A DNA stretch of 64,000 nucleotides from Candidatus Eiseniibacteriota bacterium (lineage in GTDB: Bacteria > Eisenbacteria > RBG-16-71-46 > SZUA-252), in the NCBI GenBank assembly GCA_043779525.1, contig JAYWED010000031.1, positions 4,240-68,239 on the forward strand, read 5' to 3'. The translations under genes and the position numbers were made by a program. Positions 9,826 to 19,172 of the stretch are shown piece after piece (positions within the stretch are counted from its first letter, which is position 1; each line of letters starts with the position of its first letter). The notes beneath the pieces are model-generated. The model worked only from the letters and a program-made list of their open reading frames with translations. It had not been told where the DNA came from and ran no database searches.

Positions 9826-10724
9826 CGTGTCCCTGTGCTCCCCGTGATTCCGGACAGAGCCTGCTCGTAACGACGACTGGTCTTCTCGATCACATCGTCA
9901 GGCAGCCGCGGCGGGGGCGGGTTCCGGTCCCACCGGATCGAATCCAGATAGTCGCGGATCACCTGCTTGTCGAAGCTGTCCTGCGCGACCCCTTCGCGAT
10001 AGTCCGCCGCGGGCCAGTAACGCGAGGAGTCGGGCGAGAGCGCCTCGTCGATCCAGAGGATGTCGCCGTCCCGCTCGCCGAACTCGAACTTCGTGTCCGC
10101 GAGGATGAACCCGCGCGATGCCGCATGCGTCGCCGCGGCGTTGTAGATCGCGAGCGAGGCCAGGCGGAGCTTCTCGGCGACGGGCCTCCCCACGATCTCC
10201 GCCATCCGCTCGAAGGGTATGTTCTCGTCGTGGCCCTCCATCGCCTTGGTCGCGGGCGTGAAGATCGGCTCGGGGAGCTTCGAGGAAAGCTTGAGCCCCG
10301 GCGGGAGCTTGACGCCGCAGACTTCTCCGGACGCCTGATATTCCTTCCAGCCCGATCCCGCGAGATAGCCGCGCACCACGCACTCCACGTCGTAACGCTT
10401 GGCGCGGCGCACCAGCATCGAGCGTCCCTCGAGAAGCGCCGCGTGCTGCGAGAAGGGCGCCGGGAAGGAGGCCACGTCGGTCGTGACGTAGTGATTCGGG
10501 ACGAGCTTGGTCAGCGTTTGAAACCAGAAGCGCGAGATCTGCGTGAGGACCCGCCCTTTTCCGGGCACCCCCTCTTCCAGCACCACGTCGTAGGCGGAGA
10601 CCCGATCGGTGGCCACGATCAGGAGGGAATCGCCCAGCTCGTAGATGTCGCGGACCTTGCCCTTGTAGTCGGGCTTTCTTCCGGGAATCTCAACCTGACG
10701 CATGGCGCGCTCGACAGCTTTCAT
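9822..10724 (-). CDS. purC: Phosphoribosylaminoimidazole-succinocarboxamide synthase (long form)
   Basis: ...YKGKVRDIYELGDSLLIVATDRVSAYDVVL... SAICAR synthetase motifs; 4-nt overlaps with purH and purN. Confidence 0.9.
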   Translation of the reverse strand: MKAVERAMRQVEIPGRKPDYKGKVRDIYELGDSLLIVATDRVSAYDVVLEEGVPGKGRVLTQISRFWFQTLTKLVPNHYVTTDVASFPAPFSQHAALLEGRSMLVRRAKRYDVECVVRGYLAGSGWKEYQASGEVCGVKLPPGLKLSSKLPEPIFTPATKAMEGHDENIPFERMAEIVGRPVAEKLRLASLAIYNAAATHAASRGFILADTKFEFGERDGDILWIDEALSPDSSRYWPAADYREGVAQDSFDKQVIRDYLDSIRWDRNPPPPRLPDDVIEKTSRRYEQALSGITGSTGTR

Positions 10725-11314
10725 CTCATTTCCTCCGTCCGGATCTGGATCAATCGAATCGCTTCCACGTACAGACGATGCTCCAGCGGCAGCAGGCGCT
10801 CCGACAACGTCTGCTCGGTATCCTCAGGCAGAATCTCGAGCGGCGCCTGGAGCAGGATCGGCCCGGTGTCCATGCCCGGATCCACGAAATGGACGGTGGC
10901 TCCGGTGACGCGCGCTCCGGCCTCCACGGCCTGACGCTGCGCGTTGAGTCCCCGGAACGCGGGAAGCAGGGACGGATGCACGTTGACGACCGGAACTGCG
11001 ACGCGCTCGAGAAAATCGGCGCTGAGAAGACGCATGAAACCGCATAGAGCCAGGAGATCGGCCTGGTCCTCGCGCGCGGCGCGGAGGATCGTCTCCTCCG
11101 CGTCCTTGCCCAGGCGAACCCCCGGCACGGCCGGTTCGAGCGCCAGGATCGGAACGCCCAGCGCGCGAGCCTCCACGAGTACTGCGGCATCCGGACGATC
11201 GCTCACCACACGAGCCACTTCGCCCGATATTCTGCCGTCCCGCGTGGCCTCGATCAAATTGACCGCGTGGGATCCACGGCCGGAAGCCAGGACGAGGAGC
11301 CGAAAACCCTTCAC
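10721..11314 (-). CDS. purN: Phosphoribosylglycinamide formyltransferase
   Basis: LASGRGSHAVNLIEA...VVNVHPSLLPAFRGLNAQRQAVEAGARVTGATVHFVDPGMDTGPIL (formyltransferase HxSLLP and D..TG motifs). Confidence 0.9.
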   Translation of the reverse strand: MKGFRLLVLASGRGSHAVNLIEATRDGRISGEVARVVSDRPDAAVLVEARALGVPILALEPAVPGVRLGKDAEETILRAAREDQADLLALCGFMRLLSADFLERVAVPVVNVHPSLLPAFRGLNAQRQAVEAGARVTGATVHFVDPGMDTGPILLQAPLEILPEDTEQTLSERLLPLEHRLYVEAIRLIQIRTEEMR

Positions 11315-11347
11315 TGCCTTAGGTATACCACCGCCTGGGGGATCTTC

Positions 11348-13896
11348 TCAAGGGGATTGTCCGGAAGGAGTTACCGGCGGAGGCTCGCGCCATGGGACGG
11401 GCTCGGGCGAAGGGTGCGCCCGCGTCGAGACCAAGGCGCCTCCGCGCGTGAAAGTGACCCGGATCGCGCCCTCCTGGTCCGTGCGAAACACCCGCGCTCC
11501 GCTTCTCAGATATCGGCCCACGGTCGCCTTATCCGGGTGTCCGAATCTGTTTCCCTCACCGCATGAGATGAGCGCGATTCGCGGCTTCATGGCGGCGATC
11601 CAGGCTGAATCGCTGGAGGTCTTGCTCCCGTGATGCGGCACCTTCATGACCGAGACAAAGGGAACCGGCCCCCGCCCGAGCAGCTCCATCTCGGCATCGT
11701 GCTCCACGTCCCCCGCGAAGCAGACCGCGGTCCCGTCCATCTCGAGGAAGGAGACGAGCGAGCGGTTGTTCTCGCCGGCGTTTCCGCTCCTGCCCGCGGC
11801 GCTCGAGCCCTCCTCCGTCCGGGACAGCCGCACGCGCTGCCCCGCTCCGATCGTCACCATGGTGTCGGCGCGAATCGCCACATCCCGCGCGTCATGGCGC
11901 GAGAGCCCGGCACGGAGCGGGCGGCGCCAGCCGCCCAGGCGATCGCTTCCGTTCTCGAAGAGCGCGCCCAGGAAGCCCCGATTCGCGAGCCATCCAAGCC
12001 CGCCATAGTGGTCGCGGTGCGCGTGCGAGAGAATCGCGGCATCGATCCTCGTGATCCCTTCCGCGCGCAACGCGGGCTCGACGGCGGAACGCCCCTCGTC
12101 GCGGGACTCCGTGGAGGGCCCCGCGTCAAGGAGGATCGCCGCCCGGCGCGTGTGGACGATCGTCGCGTCGCCCTGCCCCACGTCGAGCATGAGAATCCAC
12201 TCCGAGCGATCCCTGGCGCGCGGCGCGGGCGCGAACGGAACGGCCCACGCGACGAGAAGCGCGATCAGCGCGCAGACGCGCGCGTTTCTCCGGTCCTCCG
12301 GCCGGCGCTCGACGCGCGCATGCTCCCACACGGCGGCCGCGAGAAGGAGCAGCGCGAGCGCGCACGCGATGGCGCCGGCCGCCGGAAGCGACCGCGCGGG
12401 AAGCGGCGGAATCGCCGACGCGGCCGACGCGGTCAGCCGCAACATGAGAAGCCCCGAGAGCTCCACGGCGCCAGCGGCGGCTTGCTGGAACGGAGGCGCC
12501 AGCAGAGCACAGCCGAGGTGCAGTAGTAGCGCTGACATGAACAGGCCGCATAGCGGGATGACGGCGAGATTCAGGAGAAGGCCCGCGACCGGCATCGCTC
12601 CGAACTGGAGGACCTGGATCCCGAGTGTGCCCGCCTCGGCGAAGGCGCTCTGCTGGGCGAGCGAGAGAAGCCCGGAGGAGGCGATTCGTGCGCGTGCCCG
12701 GAATCCTCGCGTCCCGGGGCTCTCGGGGAGCGCGAGCCGGAGTCCCCCGGAAGCCAGAAGGCCCAGCACCGCCGCGAACGAGAGCTGAAAGCCGGGGTCG
12801 CCAAGAACGTCCGGGACCGAGAGGTGGATCAGGAGTCCGGCGATTCCCCACGCGGCAAACGGCCGGACCGAGGACCCGCGCATCCGGCCGGCCCTCATCG
12901 CCGACCAGAGGATCGCCGAGCGAACCGCCGAGGCCGGCGCGCCGACCAGGAGCACGTAGCCCCAGAGCGAGAGAAGCTCCAGCCAGAGCGCGGGCCCCGC
13001 GGGAATCCGGAACGCGATCGCGAACGCGGCGACGATGCCGGCGAGCACGCACACGTGGAGCCCCGATATCGATAGGATGTGGATCGTGCCGCCGTCGCGG
13101 AAGGAATCCCGAATGGAAGGCAGGATTCCCGAGCGGTCGCCGAGCGCCATGCCCCGCGCCAGGGCCGCGACAGGGGCGCTCAGATCGCGCGAGAAGAACC
13201 GGGCCAGGCGGAGGCGCAAGGGATGCCGCTCCAGGGAACGCTCGGGTCCTGTGCGTCCGGGAGCACCGCGATCGACGTCGGGTCCGCGTCCACGGTGCCC
13301 GCGATCCCGAGGCGCGTGAGCCAGCGCCCCGGCGCGGCACTCCCGGGATTCCGCGCGTCCTCGGGAGGGCGGTAGCGGCCTGTGAAGCGGAGTGTGAGGC
13401 CCGGTGTCGCCCACGCCGGAGGAGGACCGTCGTCGCCGAACCGCACGAGAAGCGTCGCCGCGCAGCGCGCCCAGGCGTCTCCCACGCGCACCGAGGTCAC
13501 ATCGAACGTGACCACCGGATGGGCGGCGTCGGCGGCCACGGCGTCGGCCACCCTGCCTTCGAGCGCGACCGTGACGCCGCGTGGGTGGACCGGGAGCGGC
13601 GTCTCGATGCGGTCCACCTCCCCGCACAGCGAACCCCCCGCCGCGATCAGGGCGGCCACACCCAGGAGAATCTCGCCGCGGCGCAGCCAGAGCGAGGATC
13701 GGACGCGCGCGTGAATGCAGCCTTTCGCCAGAGCCAGAACCAGAAAGAGCGCGCCACACACACAGGACACCGTCCGCAGGCTCTCCTCGTGAGCCGCGGG
13801 GACCGGAGCGAGCCGGGCGAGCGCATGCCCGAACAGGAGCGGAACCCAGAGGACGACGGGCCACGGAAGGCGAGCGGACGGCAGGGCGAGGCGCAC
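11348..13896 (-). CDS. comEC: DNA internalization competence protein ComEC/Rec2 (N-terminal DUF4131 + competence domain + MBL-fold), apparently interrupted by a 1-nt frameshift near 13180-13300
   Basis: N-terminal part in ORF 13180..13896 (TM helices, ...RNPGSAAPGRWLTRLGIAG = NPGxFDxxxWLxxxGI motif); remainder in the other frame of ORF 11348..14179 (...GDRSGILPSIRDSFRDGGTIHILSISGLHV... competence domain; MBL motif ILMLDVGQGDATIV...HAHRDHYGG). Frames differ by 1 nt (14179-13896=283). Confidence 0.7.
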
Positions 13897-13953
13897 GGAT
13901 GCACCGACACGGGGAGCGTGGAGCGTGCACGCGTCGCGGGGAGCGGCGGCGCG

Positions 13954-16119
13954 TCAGTTCTTGACTGGGATCGTGTAGATCTCGGAGTAGAGTTCGCGCC
14001 CCGCGGCGCCCACGCCCTTGAAGTAGACCCTCACCTGGCGCGCGCTGTTCCGGAGCACCGCGGGAGGAAGCAGCGTCGCGAATACCTTGGATGATGCGTC
14101 GATCCGCGTCATCCGCCGGGCCTGAAACGACCCTCCAGGAGGCGCGGCGTAGGCCCAGAGCGCCATCGACTGGTCCCACTCCCCTTCCGGCAGCGCGATC
14201 GTGATCGGAAGCGGATCGGAGATGGAGAGCGCGGCGGGGGGCGTGAATCGAAGCGGATCCTCCGACCTTGCGCCGAACTCGGCTGAGAGGAACTGCTCGC
14301 CGCCCGGTTTCACTTCCAGCACCGAGATCTGCGGCGGGAATCCGCGGCGCAGCACGCGGAAGCTGTGGGTGCCGGGCTTCAGATTGACGGTGAGCGGCGT
14401 CACGCCGCGCATGTCGCCGTCCACCCAGACCGGATCGCCCCGTCCGTCCTCGAATCCGGTGTCGCTCAGGACCGCGCTTCGGATCGTGACCCTGCCCGCC
14501 TCGGGGAGGGCTCCGGGACTGCCGATGAGTTCCACCCGCGTGCCCTGGAGAATTTCGACCTCCTGCGCGCTCGAATTCAGCCCCGGACCCCCGAAGCGAA
14601 CCAGGTGCCTCCCGACGACCAAGCTTTCGAGCGCCACGGGAGTCGAACCGACATAGGCACCGTCCACGTAGACGTCGAGGACGCGCGCGGGCTCCGAGGA
14701 GCGAAATCCGACCGAGCCCAGGACGCGCGGGCGGAGCGTGACCCGGCCGCCGGCGGCTACGTCCACCGTGTCGCGCCGCGTGCCGTAGACGCCCCAGTCC
14801 ATGTCGATGTGATGCGTTCCCGGGGCGACCGCGACGTCAGTGGCGGGCGTACGCGTTGGAAGCCGCACACCGTCGACCTTCACGGCGGCCCCGGGCGGGT
14901 CGGAAAAAAGATCTAGATCGGCTCCCGTGCCCAGGGGAGACGCGGCTTCCTGGGCGGCTGGCCGGCTCGTTCCGATGATCCCCGGCATGATCGCGCGGAT
15001 CAGGAGCGCGAGCGCGATGATGGCGAGCGCCCCACCGCCCCAGAGGGCGATCCACTCGTACCACGGGCGGCGCTCGGCGAACGCGCCCATGGAGGAAGGC
15101 GGCGGCAACGCGAAGTCGCGCCCCGCGCCTGCGGCCGCGCCCGCGGCGGCGGCCTCCGGGACGGCGGATACGGCCGATGCGGTTTCCAGCGAGGCGGGTT
15201 CGCCGCTGGCGCTTTCCGAAGCACTTCTCTCCGGTTCGCCCTGCTCTGCGTGCGCGAACGCTGGAGCGCCGGCGCGCCGCGAGTCCGGCTGCGTCTGCGC
15301 CTGCTCGAATGCCTCCGCCTCGGCTACCTGCGCCGCCGCCTCCGCATCGGCCTCCTCCGCCTGCGACGGACCGGCGGCCGGATGGACCGCGGCCGGCTCG
15401 ATCGGCTCCAGCTCCAGCGGACCCAGCTCTCCCGGCTCGAGAACGTCGGGATCCGAGATCCGCTCGTGCTCTCCGGCGAGCGCCGCGATGGCGACGCGTC
15501 CGCTCGCGGGCGCGCCCGAGCACGCGGTGCGAAGACGCGACATGACGTCGCGGGTCGAGGCCAAGTCCCGCGCGAGCAGGCTCAATTCTCCATCGCGGAG
15601 CGGATGCGTCGCGAGGATGTAGCAATCGCCGGCCCGCGCGTTCAGGGGAACCATCTCGAGCCTTACCTGCGCTTCGGATCCGAGCGAGCCTTCCGGAGAA
15701 GCGTCGGAGCTTTCGGGAGAGGGACGCCCCAGCCGGGAGAGGACTCCGGCGCGGAGCCGATAGCAGGGACAGTCCCCCGCCGTCAGCGCCATTCCCTCGC
15801 CGTCCTTGAAGAGCACGACGAGGACCGAGATCCACGTCCGCTCCCGGTCGGGGCGCGCCATGAGATCCGCGTGCACGGCACGGAGCGTCGCGATCGCGCG
15901 GCGCAGAGGGGGCTCGCGAGGATCCGTGTCCTCGCCGAGCGCCAGGGAGAGTTTTTCCCGAACCCAGATGGTCGGATCGATGACGTCGGAAAAGGTCATC
16001 GCGCCGCGGCCCACGAACGCGAAGCCCCGCTCGGGATCGAGGTGCGCAAGCGCTCCCTCCCGATCGGGGCTCCTCACGAGGCCTTTAATGAGGACCTGCG
16101 TCGAGTCCGCAGTGTTCAT
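13954..16119 (-). CDS. Membrane-spanning protein: N-terminal PP2C-like (possibly degenerate) phosphatase domain, acidic low-complexity linker, one TM helix, C-terminal PEGA-domain repeats
   Basis: Start chosen at MNTADSTQV (upstream 71 codons lie in AT-richer non-coding-looking DNA). PP2C-like blocks ISVLVVLFKDGEGMALTAGDCPCYRLRAGVLSRL and ARAGDCYILATHPLRDGELSLL; TM WYEWIALWGGGALAIIALALLIRAIM; PEGA-like units AAVKVDGVRLPTRTPATDVAVAPGTHHIDM, DPVWVDGDMRGVTPLTVNLKPGTHSFRV. Confidence 0.6.
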   Translation of the reverse strand: MNTADSTQVLIKGLVRSPDREGALAHLDPERGFAFVGRGAMTFSDVIDPTIWVREKLSLALGEDTDPREPPLRRAIATLRAVHADLMARPDRERTWISVLVVLFKDGEGMALTAGDCPCYRLRAGVLSRLGRPSPESSDASPEGSLGSEAQVRLEMVPLNARAGDCYILATHPLRDGELSLLARDLASTRDVMSRLRTACSGAPASGRVAIAALAGEHERISDPDVLEPGELGPLELEPIEPAAVHPAAGPSQAEEADAEAAAQVAEAEAFEQAQTQPDSRRAGAPAFAHAEQGEPERSASESASGEPASLETASAVSAVPEAAAAGAAAGAGRDFALPPPSSMGAFAERRPWYEWIALWGGGALAIIALALLIRAIMPGIIGTSRPAAQEAASPLGTGADLDLFSDPPGAAVKVDGVRLPTRTPATDVAVAPGTHHIDMDWGVYGTRRDTVDVAAGGRVTLRPRVLGSVGFRSSEPARVLDVYVDGAYVGSTPVALESLVVGRHLVRFGGPGLNSSAQEVEILQGTRVELIGSPGALPEAGRVTIRSAVLSDTGFEDGRGDPVWVDGDMRGVTPLTVNLKPGTHSFRVLRRGFPPQISVLEVKPGGEQFLSAEFGARSEDPLRFTPPAALSISDPLPITIALPEGEWDQSMALWAYAAPPGGSFQARRMTRIDASSKVFATLLPPAVLRNSARQVRVYFKGVGAAGRELYSEIYTIPVKN

Positions 16120-16128
16120 TAGAACGCC

Positions 16129-16158
16129 ACAATATGGGGGCCGTCGGGATCGTGTCAA
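16129..16158 (-). promoter_or_regulatory. Candidate sigma70-type promoter (TTGACA-N18-TATTGT) immediately upstream of the PP2C/PEGA gene start; would give a leaderless or near-leaderless mRNA
   Basis: Minus-strand reading: cgaTTGACAcgatcccgacggcccccaTATTGTggcgttctaATG. Confidence 0.25.
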
Positions 16159-16227
16159 TCGGACGTTGTCTTCATTATTGGCACCAGTATTGCAATGACT
16201 TAGCGGCGAGGGCTCGCTGGAAGGCAA

Positions 16228-16247
16228 AGACCCCCGCACGGGGGTCT
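16228..16247. other. Perfect GC-rich hairpin (7-8 bp stem, 4-nt loop) inside a divergent promoter region
   Basis: aGACCCCCgcacGGGGGTCt located between divergently transcribed genes (minus gene start 16119, plus gene start 16418). Confidence 0.4.
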
Positions 16248-16274
16248 GGAACCCGGAAATCAGGTACTTGTCGC

Positions 16275-16303
16275 TTGCATTTTGCACTGCCGGCTCGTAG
16301 TGT
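16275..16303 (+). promoter_or_regulatory. Candidate sigma70-type promoter TTGCAT-N17-TAGTGT for the downstream LysM/SLT gene
   Basis: ttgcattttgcactgccggctcgtagtgt in AT-richer intergenic DNA ~115 nt upstream of ATG 16418. Confidence 0.3.
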
Positions 16304-16417
16304 GCGCGAACTGCCCCATCAATCTCGTGCATTCACGCGATCGGTATAGTTCGCGGACGACTCACGACGAGGCCTCGAGTCCGCGAATACGTTGCTCTTC
16401 AACCCACGGAGGCCCCG

Positions 16418-17866
16418 TTGGCAATCAGAACTCGCTTAAGCATTTTTCGGGCGATCGCTCTCCTCCCGGCACTCGTGCTGCTCGTCCACGTTCCCGCGCG
16501 CGCTGAAGCGCTCGGGCCGGACATGCCTGCGTGGACCATCCAGCCCTGCTCCGACCACGATTCCGGCAAGGAATTGCTCGACTCGAACCACGAGTCGACT
16601 CCGGTCTCCGACACGCTCGAGCGCACGCTCGCCAGCGTCGCGAAGGCCGAGGACATGGTCCAGGCGGGCAAGAAGGCCGAAGCCCAGTCCGCGATTCAGG
16701 CGGCCCTGCTGAGCCTGGACGGGGTGCCGAAAAGCGACCCCGGCGTCAAGGAAGTGCGTCGGAAGCTCGACGATCTTCGCGACCGATGCGACAGGCTGGC
16801 CGCGAGGGACGCCCCGCCTAAGACCGACGATGGCGCGGACGGAGCCGGCACGGAGCCCTCCAAGCTCCGCCCGGTGAAGATCGAGCACAACGACCGCGTG
16901 GACAAATGGGTCGACTACTTCACGGGCCGCGGGCGCGACCAATTCCAGAAATACCTCGCCCGCTCCGGCGTCTACATGGAGCTGCTCGCGCACAATCTTC
17001 GTGCCGAGGGTGTTCCGGAGGAGCTGGCGAATCTGGTTTTCGTGGAGAGCGGATTCAACATGCACGCCAAGTCCATGGCGCGCGCCGTGGGTCCGTGGCA
17101 ATTCATCCGCGGAACCGCGAAGCTGTTCGGCCTCAAGATGACGCCCTACGTGGACCAGCGTCGCGATCCCGAGCTGGCGACGCGCGCCGCGGCCCGCTAT
17201 CTGCGCCGCCTCAACATCATGTTCGACGGAAGCTGGCCTCTGGCGCTCGCCGCCTACAACAGCGGCGAGGGAACCGTTCAGCGCGCGATCCGGCGTCAGG
17301 GCACCGACGACTACTGGTCGCTTCGCCTCCCGAGGGAGACCCAGGAGTACGTGCCCCAATTCTTCGCGGCCATGGAGATCGCATCCGATCCGGAGCGGTA
17401 CGGCTTCGAGCTGCCGACCGATTCTCCGTTTCGCTTCGACGAGGTGCTGCTCCGTGGACCGGTGGATCTCAAGCTGGTATCCGGGATCACGGCGATCCCG
17501 TTCGAGGATCTGCAGCAGCTGAACCCCATGTTCGTCCGCCATCGCTCGCCCGCCGGCGTGGACGGAACGGCGATCCGTGTTCCAAAGGGCAAAGGGGACG
17601 AGGTGCAGGAGCTTCTGCAGACGTATTACAAGCCGAAGGCTCTGACGAAGTCCGAGCGCCGGGACGCGGACAGGGCGCAGCGCAAGGAGATGCGCCATTC
17701 CTCGCGTCGCCACCATCGGCGGGGGCATACGCACCTCGTACGGCGCGGAGAGACGCTCTCCCAGATCGGAAAACGCTACGGGACCACGCCGGCTTCGATC
17801 GCCCGCTTGAACCGACTCAGCGACTCGGGACAGCTCCGGGCCGGGCAGAGGCTCCGCATCCAGTAG
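16418..17866 (+). CDS. mltD: Membrane-bound lytic murein transglycosylase D-like (signal peptide, SLT domain, C-terminal LysM)
   Basis: Signal peptide AIALLPALVLLVHVPARAEA; SLT motifs VFVESGFNMHAKSMARAVGPWQFIRGTA...AAYNSGEGTVQRA; C-terminal LysM HLVRRGETLSQIGKRYGTTPASIARLN. Confidence 0.8.
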   Translation: MAIRTRLSIFRAIALLPALVLLVHVPARAEALGPDMPAWTIQPCSDHDSGKELLDSNHESTPVSDTLERTLASVAKAEDMVQAGKKAEAQSAIQAALLSLDGVPKSDPGVKEVRRKLDDLRDRCDRLAARDAPPKTDDGADGAGTEPSKLRPVKIEHNDRVDKWVDYFTGRGRDQFQKYLARSGVYMELLAHNLRAEGVPEELANLVFVESGFNMHAKSMARAVGPWQFIRGTAKLFGLKMTPYVDQRRDPELATRAAARYLRRLNIMFDGSWPLALAAYNSGEGTVQRAIRRQGTDDYWSLRLPRETQEYVPQFFAAMEIASDPERYGFELPTDSPFRFDEVLLRGPVDLKLVSGITAIPFEDLQQLNPMFVRHRSPAGVDGTAIRVPKGKGDEVQELLQTYYKPKALTKSERRDADRAQRKEMRHSSRRHHRRGHTHLVRRGETLSQIGKRYGTTPASIARLNRLSDSGQLRAGQRLRIQ

Positions 17867-17894
17867 CCGCGGCGCGGCCTCCTGGCCGGCCCCC

Positions 17895-19172
17895 TCAGTG
17901 CGCGACGTTCAGCTCGCGCTCCATCACCCCACCGCTCGGAATCGCGCCGGACGGGAAATCCTCCTCGATCAGGTTCGCCGACACGCGGCAGTTCCTTCCG
18001 ATGATCGCCGCCTCCGGAATGCGCGTCTCTTTGCCAACGATCGTGATCCCGGAGCTCAGGTGCTCGGGACAGGATCGGTTGGGCGTCAGGTCGTCCCCGA
18101 AGCCCACGCGCGCCCGTGGCCCCACGTGGACGCGCTTGTCCAGGATCACGCGGTCGAGCGCGGCCGAGGGGCCGACCCACGCCTCCCCCATCACGATCGA
18201 GTCCCTCACCGTGGCACCCTCCTCGACCACGGCGCCCGGAAAGAGGATCGAGCGCTCCACGACCCCGTTCACGATCGAGCCGTGCGTCAGGATCGAGGAG
18301 CGGACCAGGGCGCGCGGCCCGATCCGCGCGGGGGGAAATTCAGTGCTCGGCGTGAAGACCGGCCAGCGGGGATCCTCGAGCGGAAACGACGGGTGCGGTT
18401 TCAGGAGGTCGAGGTTCGCTCGATAGTAGGAATCGAGGGTGCCGATGTCCTGCCAGTACCCCTGGTGGCGGTAGCCCCGAACCCGGCCGCGCCGCACCAG
18501 CTCCGGGAGGATGTTCCTGCCGAAGTCGTGGGCCGTGTCGCGCTCCGCGTCCTGGCGCAGCGCGGCGTGGAGCGCCGCGGTGCGGAAGACATAGACGCCC
18601 ATCGAGATGGTCCCGGACGGGGGCGACGCGGGCTTCTCCAGGAAGCCGCGAACGCGATCGTCACCGTCTAAGTCCACGACACCGAACCCGCGCGCTTCCT
18701 CGCGAGGCACCTCGGTGACCGCGATCGTGGCGTCGGCTCCATACACCACGTGCTCCTCGATCATGGGGCGATAGTCCATGCGGTACACGTGGTCGCCGGA
18801 CAGGATCAGGACGTGCTCCGCCTCCCGCTCCTCGATGCGGGTCCAGTTCTGGTGGATGGCGTCCGCGGTTCCGCGATACCAGTCCGTCTCGGCCCAGCCC
18901 TGGAAGGGCTGCAGAAGCTCCACGCCCCCGCGCTTTCGATCCAGGTCCCAGGGGCGGCCGATGCCGATGTGGTCCCGAAGAGAGAGCGGGCGGTATTGCG
19001 TGAGGATTCCGACGTCGAAGATCCCGGAATTCACGCAGTTCGAGAGCGAGAAGTCGATGATCCGGTACTTTCCGCCGAACGGCACCGCGGGCTTCGCGCG
19101 CTTTTCCGAGAGAATGCAGAGGCGGCTGCCGAGGCCGCCCGCGAGGATCATGGCGTAGGAAACGAAGCTCAT
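17895..19172 (-). CDS. glgC: Glucose-1-phosphate adenylyltransferase (catalytic-type)
   Basis: Start at MSFVSYAMILAGGLGSRL (canonical LAGGxGxRL); PAVPFGGKYRIIDFSLSNCVNSGI; C-terminal left-handed beta-helix. ORF-track 5' extension (584 aa) is non-coding-like Arg/Gly junk. Confidence 0.85.
   Translation of the reverse strand: MSFVSYAMILAGGLGSRLCILSEKRAKPAVPFGGKYRIIDFSLSNCVNSGIFDVGILTQYRPLSLRDHIGIGRPWDLDRKRGGVELLQPFQGWAETDWYRGTADAIHQNWTRIEEREAEHVLILSGDHVYRMDYRPMIEEHVVYGADATIAVTEVPREEARGFGVVDLDGDDRVRGFLEKPASPPSGTISMGVYVFRTAALHAALRQDAERDTAHDFGRNILPELVRRGRVRGYRHQGYWQDIGTLDSYYRANLDLLKPHPSFPLEDPRWPVFTPSTEFPPARIGPRALVRSSILTHGSIVNGVVERSILFPGAVVEEGATVRDSIVMGEAWVGPSAALDRVILDKRVHVGPRARVGFGDDLTPNRSCPEHLSSGITIVGKETRIPEAAIIGRNCRVSANLIEEDFPSGAIPSGGVMERELNVAH

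Noticed and set aside
13897-14179. 5' extension of the comEC ORF to 14179 (943-aa version)
   Set aside because: The region translates to non-membrane Arg-rich sequence. The ComEC N-terminal TM/DUF4131 region is instead found in the other frame starting at 13896.
17867-17894. Bidirectional terminator between convergent mltD-like and glgC genes
   Set aside because: GCCGCGgCGCGGC and GGCCGGCC palindromes are present. However, the loops are too tight and there is no U-tract, so this cannot be distinguished from chance GC palindromes.
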